The notes: generated by a model from the letters alone, not told the origin. Shown: positions 49,898 through 62,135, counted from the stretch's first letter. The stretch: 64,000 bases of DNA from Octopus sinensis (GCF_006345805.1 NC_042998.1:24862001-24926000); one strand, 5' to 3'. Numbers and translations are program-made.

Positions 49898-50340
49898 CTT
49901 TTACTCTTTTACTCTTTTACTTGTTTCAGTCATTTGACTGTCGCCATGCTGGAGCACTGCCTTTAGGCGAGCAAATCGACCCCAGGCCTTATTCTTTGTA
50001 AGCCTTGTACTTATTCTATCGGTCTCTTTTGCCGAACCACTAAGTTATGGGGACATAAACACACCAGCATCGGTTGTCAAGCGATGTAGGGGGACAAACA
50101 CGGACATACAAACATATGCATGCACATACATATATATATATATGTATGCATATACATATATACATATACATATATATGACGGGCTTCTTTTCAGTTTCCA
50201 TCTACCAGATCCATTCACAAGGCTTTGGTTGACCTGAGGCTATAGTAGAAGACACTTGCCCGAGGTACCATGCAGTGGGACTGAACCCAGAACCATGTGG
50301 CTGGTAAGCAAGCTACTTACCACACAGCCACTCCTGTGCC
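49898..50340 (-). mobile_element. SINE B
   Basis: Reverse-complement match to family B with (TACTCTTT)n. Confidence 0.88.
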
Positions 50341-50699
50341 TAACCATTTTTCTTTTTGACAATTTCATAAAATTTCAAACATCTTAAAGTTTCTTTTTCA
50401 TTTAGTTATGCAGATCTTTAGTGTTCAGCTTTCCTACTTAACTTGTGGACAGATGTCAAATAAGCTTCTAGAAAATTTTACATCTATTTTCAGATATTCG
50501 TCAATTCACCTCTGAAATATAGAATCTAATTTGCAGAATCTAATTCACTGTAAGACACAATAATTAAATAAACACAGACACAGATACAGACATATATAAA
50601 CATAAGTATGTGAATGTATAAATGTATGGATGTATGAATAATTTTGTGACATGAAAGTATGCGTAATTTTGGCCCATTCAAAGTACCTTGGATTTCAGA

Positions 50700-51086
50700 A
50701 CAACCCGCTGTGCTTGAGGAGACCTATTGAGTCAAGTACATGAACATCGAAATAAATATCAATGGAAATAGTAGTTGTGATATCTGTGCTGGTGGCACAT
50801 AAAAAGCACCATCCGAACGTGGCCGATGCCAGTGCCACCATAACTGGCTTCCGTGCCGGTGGCACGTTATAAGCACCAACCAATCGTGGCTGCTGCCAGA
50901 CCCCCCTGGCATCTGTGCCGGTGGCACGTAAAAAGCACCCACTACACTCGCGGAGTGGTTGGTGTTAGGAAGGGCATCCAGATGTAGAAACACTGCCAGA
51001 TCAGACTGGAGCCTGGTGCAGCCTCCTGGCTTCCCAGACCCCGGTCAAACTGTCCAACCCATGCTAGCACGGAAAACGGACGTTAA

Positions 51087-51125
<39 letters not shown>
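50700..51125 (+). mobile_element. RTE-like 3' end (family C, 3 cores)
   Basis: Starts GCTGTGCTTGAGGAGACC (AVLEET, resembling an RTE ORF end), three cores, (GAT)n tail. Confidence 0.85.
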
Positions 51126-51524
51126 TAACACCATTTATGAGATTCAAATACCACATCTGCTGTAAATTGAATAGATGTGCTCAGCACTATACTGAAATAA
51201 CATCAAACTTAGACTATTCAAGTTAAAAGTCTTAACCTAAGTAGCTAAGATCATATATGATTTTAGCCATCAACCTATCAACGAGGATCTCATTTCACAT
51301 TGCATCAAGGTATTGTATGATACACACACATGCACACAAGCATGCACACACGCATGCACACACACATACACATGCATTATATGCCCTATATATTTCTGTT
51401 AGAAGCCTGGGAAACTTGAAGTCACATGGAACTGAATCAAACTGTTTTAAATGCTAAAAAATGTAACTCTTTTCAAATGTGTAGAGTGCCTTTTTCTTTC
51501 ATTTTTCCACCCCCTCATATATAA

Positions 51525-51557
<33 letters not shown>

Positions 51558-51562
51558 TGTAT

Positions 51563-51912
51563 GGTGGAGGTGCATGGCTTAGTGGTTAGGGTGTCAGCAT
51601 CATGATCGTAAGATTATGGTTTCGATTCCTGGACCAGGCAATGCGTTGTGTTCTTGAGCAAAACACTTCATTTTACATTGCTCCAGTCCACTCAGCTGGC
51701 AAAAATGAGTAACGCTGCGATAGACTAGCGTCCCCTCCATCTGGGGAGCACATACGCCATAGAAACCAGGAAACTGAGTCCATGAGCCTGGCTAGGCTTT
51801 AAAAGGGTGCACACAATGGACTGGAGTCCCGTCCAGCTGGGGGAACACATATGTCACAGAAACCAGGAAACTGGGCCCATGAGCCTGGCTAGGCTTGAAA
51901 AGGGCCACGAAT
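51563..51912 (+). mobile_element. CORE-like tRNA SINE with a duplicated 3' module
   Basis: GGTGGAGGTGCATGGCTTAGTGGTTAGG head and GTTGTGTTCTTGAGCAAAACACTT; the 3' module ...AGAAACCAGGAAACTG..CCATGAGCCTGGCTAGGCTT occurs twice; (TATG)n on both sides. Confidence 0.7.
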
Positions 51913-53924
51913 GTATGTATGTATGTATGGATATATATATATATGCATGTATGTATGTATGTATGTATGTATGTACACACACACACATTATATACATATG
52001 CATATGTATACATGTAAATATACACTGATATTTAGAAAGTGATATAGAGAGATGAATAAATAGATAGATTGATAGATACATCAAAACGTTCTTCAGATTT
52101 CTGATTTCAGAAACTATGTCAAAAATACAGTTCAATTAATCCTGAAGAACAGGAAATGTGTGTGTGTGTGTGTGTGTGTGAGTGTGCACGTGTGTGTTCG
52201 TTTGTTCTTTTACATGTTTCAGTTATTGATCAGTGGCCATGCTAGAGCACTACCTCAAAGTGTTTCAATCAAATCAACTTTTATTTTTAAGTCCACGGCT
52301 TATCTTATCACTTCCTTTTTTGTCAAACAGCTAAGTTATAAATACATACACAAACCAGCAGTGGTGGTCAAATCGTGAGAAACAATTTTATATTGATACA
52401 GATGAAAGCTTCATTTATTTTATCAATTTCATTTGTAATAACTTCGACTTAACAATTTTACAGCTTTTTTTATGTTAGTTATAAGTTATTAATTCCACAA
52501 ATATATTTACAAGTCGCTTGGATTTTTTATAATGTTGCAAAGGGATTTTCTTGTATCAATGGATTTATCAAACAATAATTAATCACTCAGTTGTGATGGT
52601 ATGATATTTATTTTTCAGTTAATTAGATCATAGCAAACAGAGTAATATGCATTGCCTTTAGGATACAGTATAATGAATGGCGTGTTAAAACTCTTTACAA
52701 TACCTGCTAAATTGGTTACTAGATTGTGAAATGCTTCCAGTTCTTTCAATATCATCGGCAAGATTGTGAATAAATATCTAATAAAATAACATGGATATAT
52801 GGAATCTTATAAAAGAAAGTGAACTGATTATTGTTAACATTTTCATTTAGTAACAAAATTTGGATGTGTTCACAGAATGAACCATATAATGTAGAATTAC
52901 AGTAGTAATTCAAAGTGAAAACTACTGGGAATTTCCATTAAAAAGAGATAAGCAGAACTGATGCTTGACAAGGTAAACTAGAAACAATGTATATTGATCT
53001 ATAATAGCTTTCTCTGGGGAATAGCAAGTACAGTTAGTTGAAATATATTTCCTGTCTGCTTATGGTGTACTTGCTAGCAATTACTGTAAGAATATATATT
53101 AAAAAATAATTGTATAATGCAGAAGATTCTTAAGTACATTGTTTCTAATTTTGAGTGCATCAAATTGAAATATTTGATAAATATGACCCTAGAAAATCAA
53201 ATTAAAAGTTGAAAGTCATTCAAATGTGAATGAAATGGAAATAGTTGTAGATCATCTTGCTTCATATAATATAATATAACCTTGTGATTTTTATTGGCTT
53301 AATGTAATTTCATTACTTCATCTGTGCTAAAAATCTCTTACATTGATCTCCCTGGACAGTATGAAAATTAATTTTCTGCTGAACATGATGGCCAGATAAT
53401 AGCTGAAATATCGAGCTATTAGTAAAATACTGAATTTCAAAAAAAATAAATAAATAAATAAAAAAAAAATAATAATAATATCATATAATAATTTAAATAG
53501 AAGGCTATCTTTATTATCAGATATTTTAAATACATTTTTTAATATGCTTCTTATTTGTCCTTTAATATCGCTTTAGCCATAATACCATAAGAGTTAACAG
53601 ATGGAGCATCAGATTAAATGGTGTTTACTATTTAGTTTTATCCCTCTAGGTTTTGAATTCAGATACAATCAATATCAACTTTGATTGCCATCTCTCCTGA
53701 GTTTTGCACCTTGAAAAAGGAAAAAAAAAAACAAAAAAAAACGACCATCACTTTATCCGAATATTATGTGATATTTTCATGCCGATCTTATAATTGCTTA
53801 AGAATTTCGAATATTATTTGAGGCACCTTCCGATGCGATATTTTATTTGATGTAATTATTCAGGTAGTTGTTGCTATTATCAGCTTTAGTTGCTGCTCTT
53901 CCCGAATGAAATATATTGTGAAAC

Positions 53925-53928
53925 ACTA

Positions 53929-53960
<32 letters not shown>

Positions 53961-54003
53961 ACCACTACTGCCACTGCAGCTGCTGCAGCTACTGCTGCTG
54001 CTG

Positions 54004-54037
<34 letters not shown>

Positions 54038-54231
54038 AGATACTACAGAAACTACTACTACAGATTACTACTTCTACTGCTGCTACTACTACTACTACTA
54101 CTACTACTGGTACTGCTGCTGCTGCTGCTACTACTACTACTACTACTATACTACTGCTGCTGCTACTACTACTACTACTACTACTACTACTGTTACTGCT
54201 GCTGCTACTACTACTGCTGTTGCTGCTGCTG

Positions 54232-54278
<47 letters not shown>

Positions 54279-54307
54279 ACTACTACTACTACTACTGCTG
54301 CTGCTAT

Positions 54308-54338
<31 letters not shown>

Positions 54339-54420
54339 GTTACTGCTGCTGCTACTACTACTGCTGTTGTTGCTGCTATTACTACTACTACTACAGCTAC
54401 TACTACTACTACTACTACTA
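53925..54420. repeat. (TAC)/(TGC) compound trinucleotide array
   Basis: Direct inspection. Confidence 0.95.
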
Positions 54421-54674
54421 TTTATCTTTATTACTGTTGCTATTCACATTGTGAGTTGAGTTAGCAACCTGATTTTACTTGAATAGAAGTCATTTCCCCT
54501 TGTATCAACCACTAATACCGTTTTTTTTTTGGTTGGGGGTGGTAGTACAAAGTCAGTATTTGCTATTGTTTTCCATTAAAAACATCAGGTTTATTTTTGT
54601 CCCTTTTTTGCAGTCATCCAAAATGATTTTTGGGGAATCTACTCTTGAACTTTCTCAAAGATTGAGAATTTTAA

Positions 54675-55254
54675 CCCTTTAGCATTAAGAGCATTCTGTC
54701 AAATGTAATACATATTTATCCACATTGTTCTGAATTAATCATGCATTATCTCATTGTTTTGAAATTTCAACGATGTGATTGTTTATTTTTAAAATAACAT
54801 TGTAGGGTAGGTATGGGAGATTGGATCTGGCTGGGTTGAACATCATCATCATCATCATCGTTTAACGTCCGCTTTCCATGCTAGCATGGGTTGGATGATT
54901 TTGACTGAGGGCTGGCAAACCAGATGGCTACACCAGGCTCCAATCTTGATCTGGCAGAGTTTCTACAGCTGGATGTCATTCCTAATGCCAACCACTCCGA
55001 GAGTGTAGTGGGTGCTTTTACATGCCACCAGCACAGGGGCCAGTCAGGCGGCACTGGCAACGACCTCGTCCAAATCTTTTTACACATGCCTCCAGCACAG
55101 GTGCCAGTAAGGTGATACTGGTAACGATCACGCTCGAATGGTGCCTGATCATTACCAGTGTCACCTTACTAGCACCTGTACCGGTGGGATGTGTAAAAAA
55201 CATAAAACAGGTAATATATTTGAGCCAGATATGGTCGGTTTAAATGCTAAAGGG
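54675..55254. mobile_element. piggyBac-like MITE interrupted by a family C insertion (~54840-55200, minus)
   Basis: TTAA|CCCTTTAGCATT ... AATGCTAAAGGG|GTCA; the right-hand TTAA is degenerate. Confidence 0.5.
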
Positions 55255-55719
55255 GTCATTTAAGGTCAGAGTTGAACTTTTCAGCAACTGGTTATAAATG
55301 AAGAATCTCTTGTTTTTGTAGAAGCGTCTAGATTTTTAGAATGCATTCTTGGCTATGTAATATGGCTGTTATGAAAGTTCATCAGGAGTTATGTTACATC
55401 ATATTCATAAGGCTTTAAATTATGATGATGATGATGATGATGATGATGTAAGACATTGTGTTGAAATTCGTTCTTTTTCATCATGTCTGAAGCTGATAAA
55501 GAGGAGGAGATGAAATTATGTTCCTTTTAGTGAATGTTTTCTTGTCTCCTACCGTTAATAAATTAACAAATATTTGGTAAACTAGCCTTCTTTCTTCTCT
55601 AAGCTTCAATATCAACATGTAGTCCATCTACTTTCTTTTATTTTAGGTGATATCAAAAGCTGTCATTCAAATTCTTCAACAGTAGTTAGACAAGTGTTTA
55701 CTTCCAATTCCCTATCTTC

Positions 55720-55897
55720 TTCTTGTTCTTGTTCTTCTTCTTCTTCTTCTTCTTCTTTCTTCTTCTTCTTCTTCTTCTTCTTCTTCTCTTCTTCTTCTTC
55801 TTCTTCTCCCACTTCTTCTTCTTCTTCTTTTTCTTCTCCTTCTTCTTCCACTTCTTCTTCCACTTCTTCTTCCACTTCTTATTCCACTTCTTCTTCC

Positions 55898-55928
<31 letters not shown>

Positions 55929-56080
55929 CTTCTTCCACTTCTTCTTCCACTTTTTCCACTTCTTCTTCTTCTTCTTCTTCCACTTCTTCTTCGTCTTCTT
56001 CTTCTTCCACTTCTTCTTCGTCTTCTTCTTCTTCCACTTCTTCTTCGTCTTCTTTTTCTTCTTCTTCTTCTTTTTCTTCC

Positions 56081-56111
<31 letters not shown>

Positions 56112-56135
56112 CTTCTTCTTCTCCTCCTCCTCCTC
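55720..56135. repeat. (TTC)n array with periodic CAC/GTC interruptions
   Basis: Direct inspection. Confidence 0.95.
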
Positions 56136-56199
56136 CCTACACCCATAATCCTTTGTTTATTCTCCACTCAACTCGAAGGAAATTCACTCAATGAAATCC

Positions 56200-56640
56200 C
56201 CTATTTCAAATAATTTAGTATCAAGATTAAAAATACTTGAATTTAAAGCTAAGAAATCTCAAAAGTACACAAATCAAAACTGTAATATCATCGTCTTGAA
56301 TAGATATAATGAGTTCAAGGTTTAAGGATAATACTTCTTCGATTTCACACTTCTGTTTCTTGCAAACATGACATACATTGTAATTATTTACATCGATCCT
56401 TTATTCTTGTACTGAACTTTTCAGTGAATCCATAATGTAGACTATACAGACACTCATAATGTTTGGTTAGAATCTCTCCATTAAAAATAGCGAAGCATTT
56501 AAGTTTCATAATATCATAAAGTCAAACTTAATGAGAGCATATACTTTCCCATTTACTGGAAATTCTAAAAAGCTTCTGACTATTAGCTTTTTCGCTGTTT
56601 ATTTTTATAATTTCTCTCCTTTAGAATCAATATTCTTCAA
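56200..56640 (-). pseudogene. possible decayed ORF with a CxxC motif, unidentified
   Basis: Frameshifted minus segments SFLEFPVNGKVYALIKFDF / DIMKLKCFAIFNGEILTKHYECLYSLHYGFTEKFSTRI / VNNYNVCHVCKKQKCEIEEVLSLNLELIISIQDDDITVL. Confidence 0.3.
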
Positions 56641-57952
56641 TTTCTACTGACTGTAAGTGGATTCCATTCTGAAACTTCTAAGCTAAAATGTTATTAATCA
56701 GCTATTTTGACACAAAGGGTAAGTTTCCCCTACTCCAGCAAGTTGTATTCAATAAATCAATGCTCCATCTATGTTAGATTCAGTTTCCATAAAAATTAGT
56801 AAATAAATAAATAAATAAATGAAAGCAACCTTTCACAACAACAGCAAGAGCAAGGAAAACAACGACGTTATTTCATAAGAGCTAATTTGAATCTTTCATT
56901 TTATATATCTAAGTTTACTTTTGTTTTGATATTACTTATATATATTTTCTCCCAATTTTAGTTATCTTAAGGTCATAAAAAGAATTCAATATAAAATCTA
57001 TATAAAGACTATGATTCCTGCAGCTAACCAACCATGTCAACAAACAGAATTTCTTTGTCTTCACTTTTGTGAGAAGGTGGAAAAAAAAAATTTAATGTGT
57101 TTGTTAACAATATAGTTTAGAAGTTAATAAATATATATTAATATTTGAACAGGCAATCAAATTGAATATAGGAATGTGAAAAACAAAACCAAAAAAATAT
57201 ACTGCTGACAAAAAAAAAAAAAGAAAAGAAAGGTAAATGGATGTTTTTAGAGAGGATACATACGAAAAAGATACATGGGAAAATATATAGTGGATAGAAG
57301 ATAAGAGATTATTTCTGTTCTCTCATAACTTTTTCTAAACCTTTCAAACTTAGGACAAAACTAATTGCCTTCATAAAGAGAAAACATGTTCAGAATTAAT
57401 ACCTCATGTGATGTTTAATCTTCAAATTCTCTGCAAAGAATTACACACACACACACACACACAGATACACAAAAGCAAAAAGGAAAAAAAAGAAGAAAAA
57501 AATCTACTAAAAATAAATTTATTTCTAGAGAATTCAAAAGTGTATATCTGATGAGAACAGATATTAAATGCTTTTGATCAACGAAATATAATATATTAAA
57601 TGCTTTGATCAACAAAAGGATTTAGCTGAACTTTTTTTTTATTATTTTTATTTTTAAATATATTGTCAGTGCAAATGTAGTGGGCAGCTTAATTGTTATG
57701 AGTTATCATGGCTGTTGATTCTGAGTTCTTGCATTGTATATTACTGGAGATACCTCAAGAATATTAGACTCCAGGTTACATCACAAACTTTTACAATAGC
57801 TAACAAAAGGGCCTCTAAGTCAGTGGTTCTTAACCTTTTTTAATATTCAGGCCAGACAAAAATCTAGGGGTTTTTTTAGGGGGCACCACCAAAATAAGTA
57901 AAACATAAATCAGTTCAAGAAAACTTTATTATATCACTTGAAAAGGCGGCGA

Positions 57953-58525
57953 GCTGGCAGAAACGTTAGCGTGCCGGGCGAAATGCTTAGCGGTATTTCG
58001 TCTGGCGCAGCGTTGTGAGTTCAAATTCCGCTGAGGTCGACTTTGCCTTTCATCCTTTCGGGGTCGATAAATTAAGTACCAGTTACGCACTGGGGTCGAT
58101 GTAATCGACTTAATACCTATGTCTGTCCCCTCTATGTTTAGCCCCTTGTGGGTAATAAAGAAATAGGTATTTCATCTGTCTTTACGTTGTGAGTTCAAAT
58201 TCCGCTGAGGTCAACTTTACCTTTCATCTTTTCAGGGTGAATAAATTAAGTACCAGCTGCGTAATCGGGTTGATATAATCGACTGGCCCCTTCCCCTAAA
58301 ATTTCGGCCCTTGTGCCTAGAATAGAAAAGAATCATAAGCCCACTAGGCAAAATGCTTAGTGGCATTTCGTTCGTCCTGAGTTCAAATTCTGCCAGGGTC
58401 AACTTCACCTTTCATCCTTTCAGGGTCAATAAAATGAGTACCAGTTGAATACTGGGATCAATGTAATCAACTTGTTCCCTTCCTTCCACCACCAAACCTT
58501 CCAGCCTTGTGCCAAAACATGAAAT
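57953..58525 (+). mobile_element. SINE A1-A2 dimer plus a further A2 copy
   Basis: The A1 tail AAAGAAATA is joined at 58166 to GGTATTTCATCTG and an A2 body. Confidence 0.88.
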
Positions 58526-59384
58526 CATTATATTGATAGAGGGAGGACCATCAGGGGCTGCCGGGAGGATGCTTGAAGGCTTCATGGATCCCTGGGAAAT
58601 ATGGTTGAGAACTACTTACACACACAAACACAGATACACACACAGACACACACACACACACACACATATACATATTGTATTTCAAATTGAGGTAATGTTT
58701 TCATTGATTGATTAAATGAAGCTGCCTGAAACAGCCGTAATGTATTACTATCTGGACATCCTTGTTACTTATTTATTTTTCATTCACGTTACTTCGATTC
58801 TATACACATAATACCATGCTGACTTGTTGCCTCACCTTAAGTACCTAATTCAACTGAATCTTAATTATTTCTTACACACACACTCATAAATAAGTGTGTG
58901 TATATATTCGTAAAAATTTTTATCTCGTTTGGCTCAACAGCCCTTCTTGTTTGTGTTACTGTTATTCTCCTTGTCCTGTCTTTTACTGTTTATATTTTGT
59001 ACTGTCGTTACTGTCTTGTTTTTGTTACCATTTTTACCACTCTGCAAAAAAATCTAAAATTTTATTTAATTTGATTTTTGTGGGAAGGATTGTTTCATTA
59101 AAGTCATGTATCGCCTTGACCTTCGAAACGTGGAGTAGATGAAACAAAGGCGACTGAAGAAGGGGAATTTTCCTTGTTTTGTATGTCCTGTACTCTATTT
59201 TTTCGTTGTTTAAGAAAAATGTTCATTTCCTTGGTTTTCTGTTTATGTTTTCGTTTCTCATTGTGTTTGACGTCTTTTTGGTGTCCTGTACCCATATATG
59301 CATGTATATATACATGTAGATGTAGGTACGTACATATATGTATGTATATATGCATATGTTTGATTTATTTATTAATTTATTATA

Positions 59385-59532
59385 TATATAATTGTTAAAC
59401 AGGGCGTCAAACATTAAGGCAAGGCAAACATCTCAAGTCGTATACAATATTATTATTGGGAAAATAATATTGTTTACAACTTGAGATGTTTGCCTTGCCT
59501 TAATGTTTGTTGTCCTCTTTAACAATTATATA
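59385..59532. repeat. fold-back hairpin with ~70-bp arms
   Basis: CAAACATTAAGGCAAGGCAAACATCTCAAGT is mirrored by ACTTGAGATGTTTGCCTTGCCTTAATGTTTG. Confidence 0.9.
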
Positions 59533-59679
59533 TCTACTGCATTGAAAATCTGCAATGGCTCCATAACTACTATCTCGGTTATATCCTTAGAGCCCTAGTA
59601 ATCCATTACAGTACTTACCTAGCGTACCTAATCTTTAGATCACCTGTGAACTAAACCCCCATACATTGTGTATATATAC

Positions 59680-59744
<65 letters not shown>

Positions 59745-59747
<3 letters not shown>

Positions 59748-59925
59748 ATAGTTGAAATTTACAGGAAAACAAAAGCCGAAGACAGGTGTATAAACAACAA
59801 GCAGGTGTATTAGTTTGATGATCGGGAAGGTGAGAAAGTCTTTTACATTTTGAGCCTATGCTCTTCAACAGAAAGGAATATGAGGAAATAAACAGAGAGA
59901 ATAAAAAACTTTTGGATTTAGCTGT
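59745..59925 (-). mobile_element. single arm of the 49056 family with a degenerate hammerhead motif
   Basis: Minus 59840-59875: CUUU-CUGUUGA-A-GAGC(AUAG)GCUC-AAAAU-GUA/AAAG. Confidence 0.7.
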
Positions 59926-59957
59926 CAATCATATATATATATATATATATATATATA

Positions 59958-60545
59958 ATGCAATAGAGGGCATAAAAACATTCAGATAGATAGATGACAC
60001 AAAGGTGGACAAGAGAAGCAACAATTAGGACAGGCAAAAATAAGACGGGTCATTCATGGTTTTCTTGCTTCAGTCAAGTACCAGAAGTCATGACCATTTC
60101 GGACAGTAACACTTGAAATGGTTCGATCTGGTTGTCCCCAAAAAACGTCTAAGCTAAAAGCTTTAGACTCCTTTGTAAGAAAGCTAGCGAATGTGTACAG
60201 CAACAAAGACAAAACAAACCAACAAACAAAAAAAACGGAGACGTGGTACAGAATTACAAATACACACAACAGGCGTCTTTTGACTGATAATGATTCAAAT
60301 TAAGCTGGTGTGTATGGAGTGAAAGCCTAAAGGCAGGAACATGGGAGATGGACACTAGACGTGTGAGATCAGAGGATTTCCAATCTAGTCAGTACAGAGG
60401 ATGGTCACAGCTAATTGAAGTGAAAGGGAAAGAGAGAAAGGAGGCATTTATAGGCAGTGGGAGGCAGCAGAATGAGTTGCTTATTGGCTATAGAGCAAGA
60501 CAGAATAGTTAAGTATGAAGTAAAGAGGAGAATATAGAAGTAATT
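59958..60545. mobile_element. diverged relative of the 25850 element
   Basis: Shared ordered motifs TGGACAAGA, CTTCAGTCAAG(A/T)ACC, ATTTCGG, CAACA(A/G)G(T/C)GTCTT..GACTGAT and TTTATAG. Confidence 0.45.
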
Positions 60546-62135
60546 TTTCTTTCATTGTGAAACTACCAACAAGGAGACAGTCAAAGGATGGTAAACACAG
60601 TTGGACAACATCAAGTCCACACTTCATCATTCTAATTGCCAACTATGGATGAAGGAGAAGCGTCCAAGTCCTCAGTTCATCATTCTAATTGCCAAATATG
60701 GATGAAGGGGAAGCATCTTCTTTTAGGTGTGATTTTTTTACATGTGCATGCATTTTGAAAAAAGAGAAAAAAAAAGAAAATCTATGTTGCACTTCTGTCG
60801 TGATCATCATCATCATCATCATCACCACCAACTCAATCATCATCACCCCTACCACACCATGCCCACCACCACCGCTACCGTCATCATCATCACCTCTACT
60901 CCACCATGCCCATCAAACTCACCACCAACACTACCATCATCATCATCACTTCTACTCCATCATGCCCACCACTATCACCACCACCACCACCACCACACAG
61001 TCATCATCATGATCACCTCCATCCCGCCATGCCTACCACAACCACCATAAACCTCCTTCTCCTTAGCTTCGTCATAATTATAATTTAAAGGTCTCTTATC
61101 TTGGTTTCTGTTTTTGAAGAAATGCTCCATAAATATGGCACTGTGGTACATTTATATTTCTATTACAGTAAATTGATTTCAAACTTCATCAACCCCCAAA
61201 AGGGATAAAAGGCAAAGTCGACCTCGGTAGAATTGGAACTCAGAACGTAAAGACAGACAAAATGCCACAAAGTATTTTACCTGGCATACTAACAATTCTG
61301 CCAGCTCGCTACCTTATATTTTTATCACAGTATATTACCTGTAATTATTTCACCTTTTGTGAAAGAACGAATGTTTAAGCCACCATACAATAATTGTATC
61401 ACAAGAATATGTATTTAATACTATTTATAATGTCTTCTTCTCAAACAGACTCAACTGAAATAAATGTGTCTAATAAATAACTCTGCTTAGACTACACTGT
61501 TACATATACGGTGTTGTTACCTGAATTGTTCAAGCTAATGCACTAAGGTAACATGTCTAACTACCTGCTTGGAAATAACTATGCAATATCTGCTTAAAGA
61601 CGTAGTTCCGATGCTGATTTTTAACTGGATAAAAATCTACATGCAAATTACCAACATTACGTACACCCAGCTGTTTGCACTAATAATTCAGGATTATTGG
61701 ATGTTGTCAATGCACCGTAGTATTGTTTGCTATAACTGAATTATCAGCCTTTAAATACGCAGTTTGTATTTAGATAATAGAAGACTCCATACCCACTGGC
61801 ACATTTCAGTATTTATAGGAAGAGAACAACATACAAACACACACACAAAAAAACATATATATACCAACATACGTACAGACATACATGTACACATACATAC
61901 ATAAGTGCGCACATATATATATGTATGTATATATGTATATATGTATATATATTTACTATGCTCACTATAATTATCACACAATGAAGCACATAATTTAAAA
62001 ATTTTTTAATGTCAGAAGCCAGTTTTAATTAAAAGCAGATAATTAAATACACCATAATAAAACTATATTCACACACCAATGAATATTTTAACAAAGCATT
62101 TTATCAGGTATATACCACATATATATGTATATATA

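Noticed and set aside
1400-51640. tRNA-like A/B-box sequences at SINE heads
   Set aside because: They continue into SINE bodies with tails and TSDs and do not form complete cloverleafs, so they are not tRNA genes.
57543-57596. CTGATGA...GAAATATA motif
   Set aside because: No credible stem II; the AT-only pairings are expected by chance.
59105-59175. CGAAACGT upstream of CTGAAGA, a possible type II hammerhead
   Set aside because: The cleavage-site base would be G and stem I does not pair.
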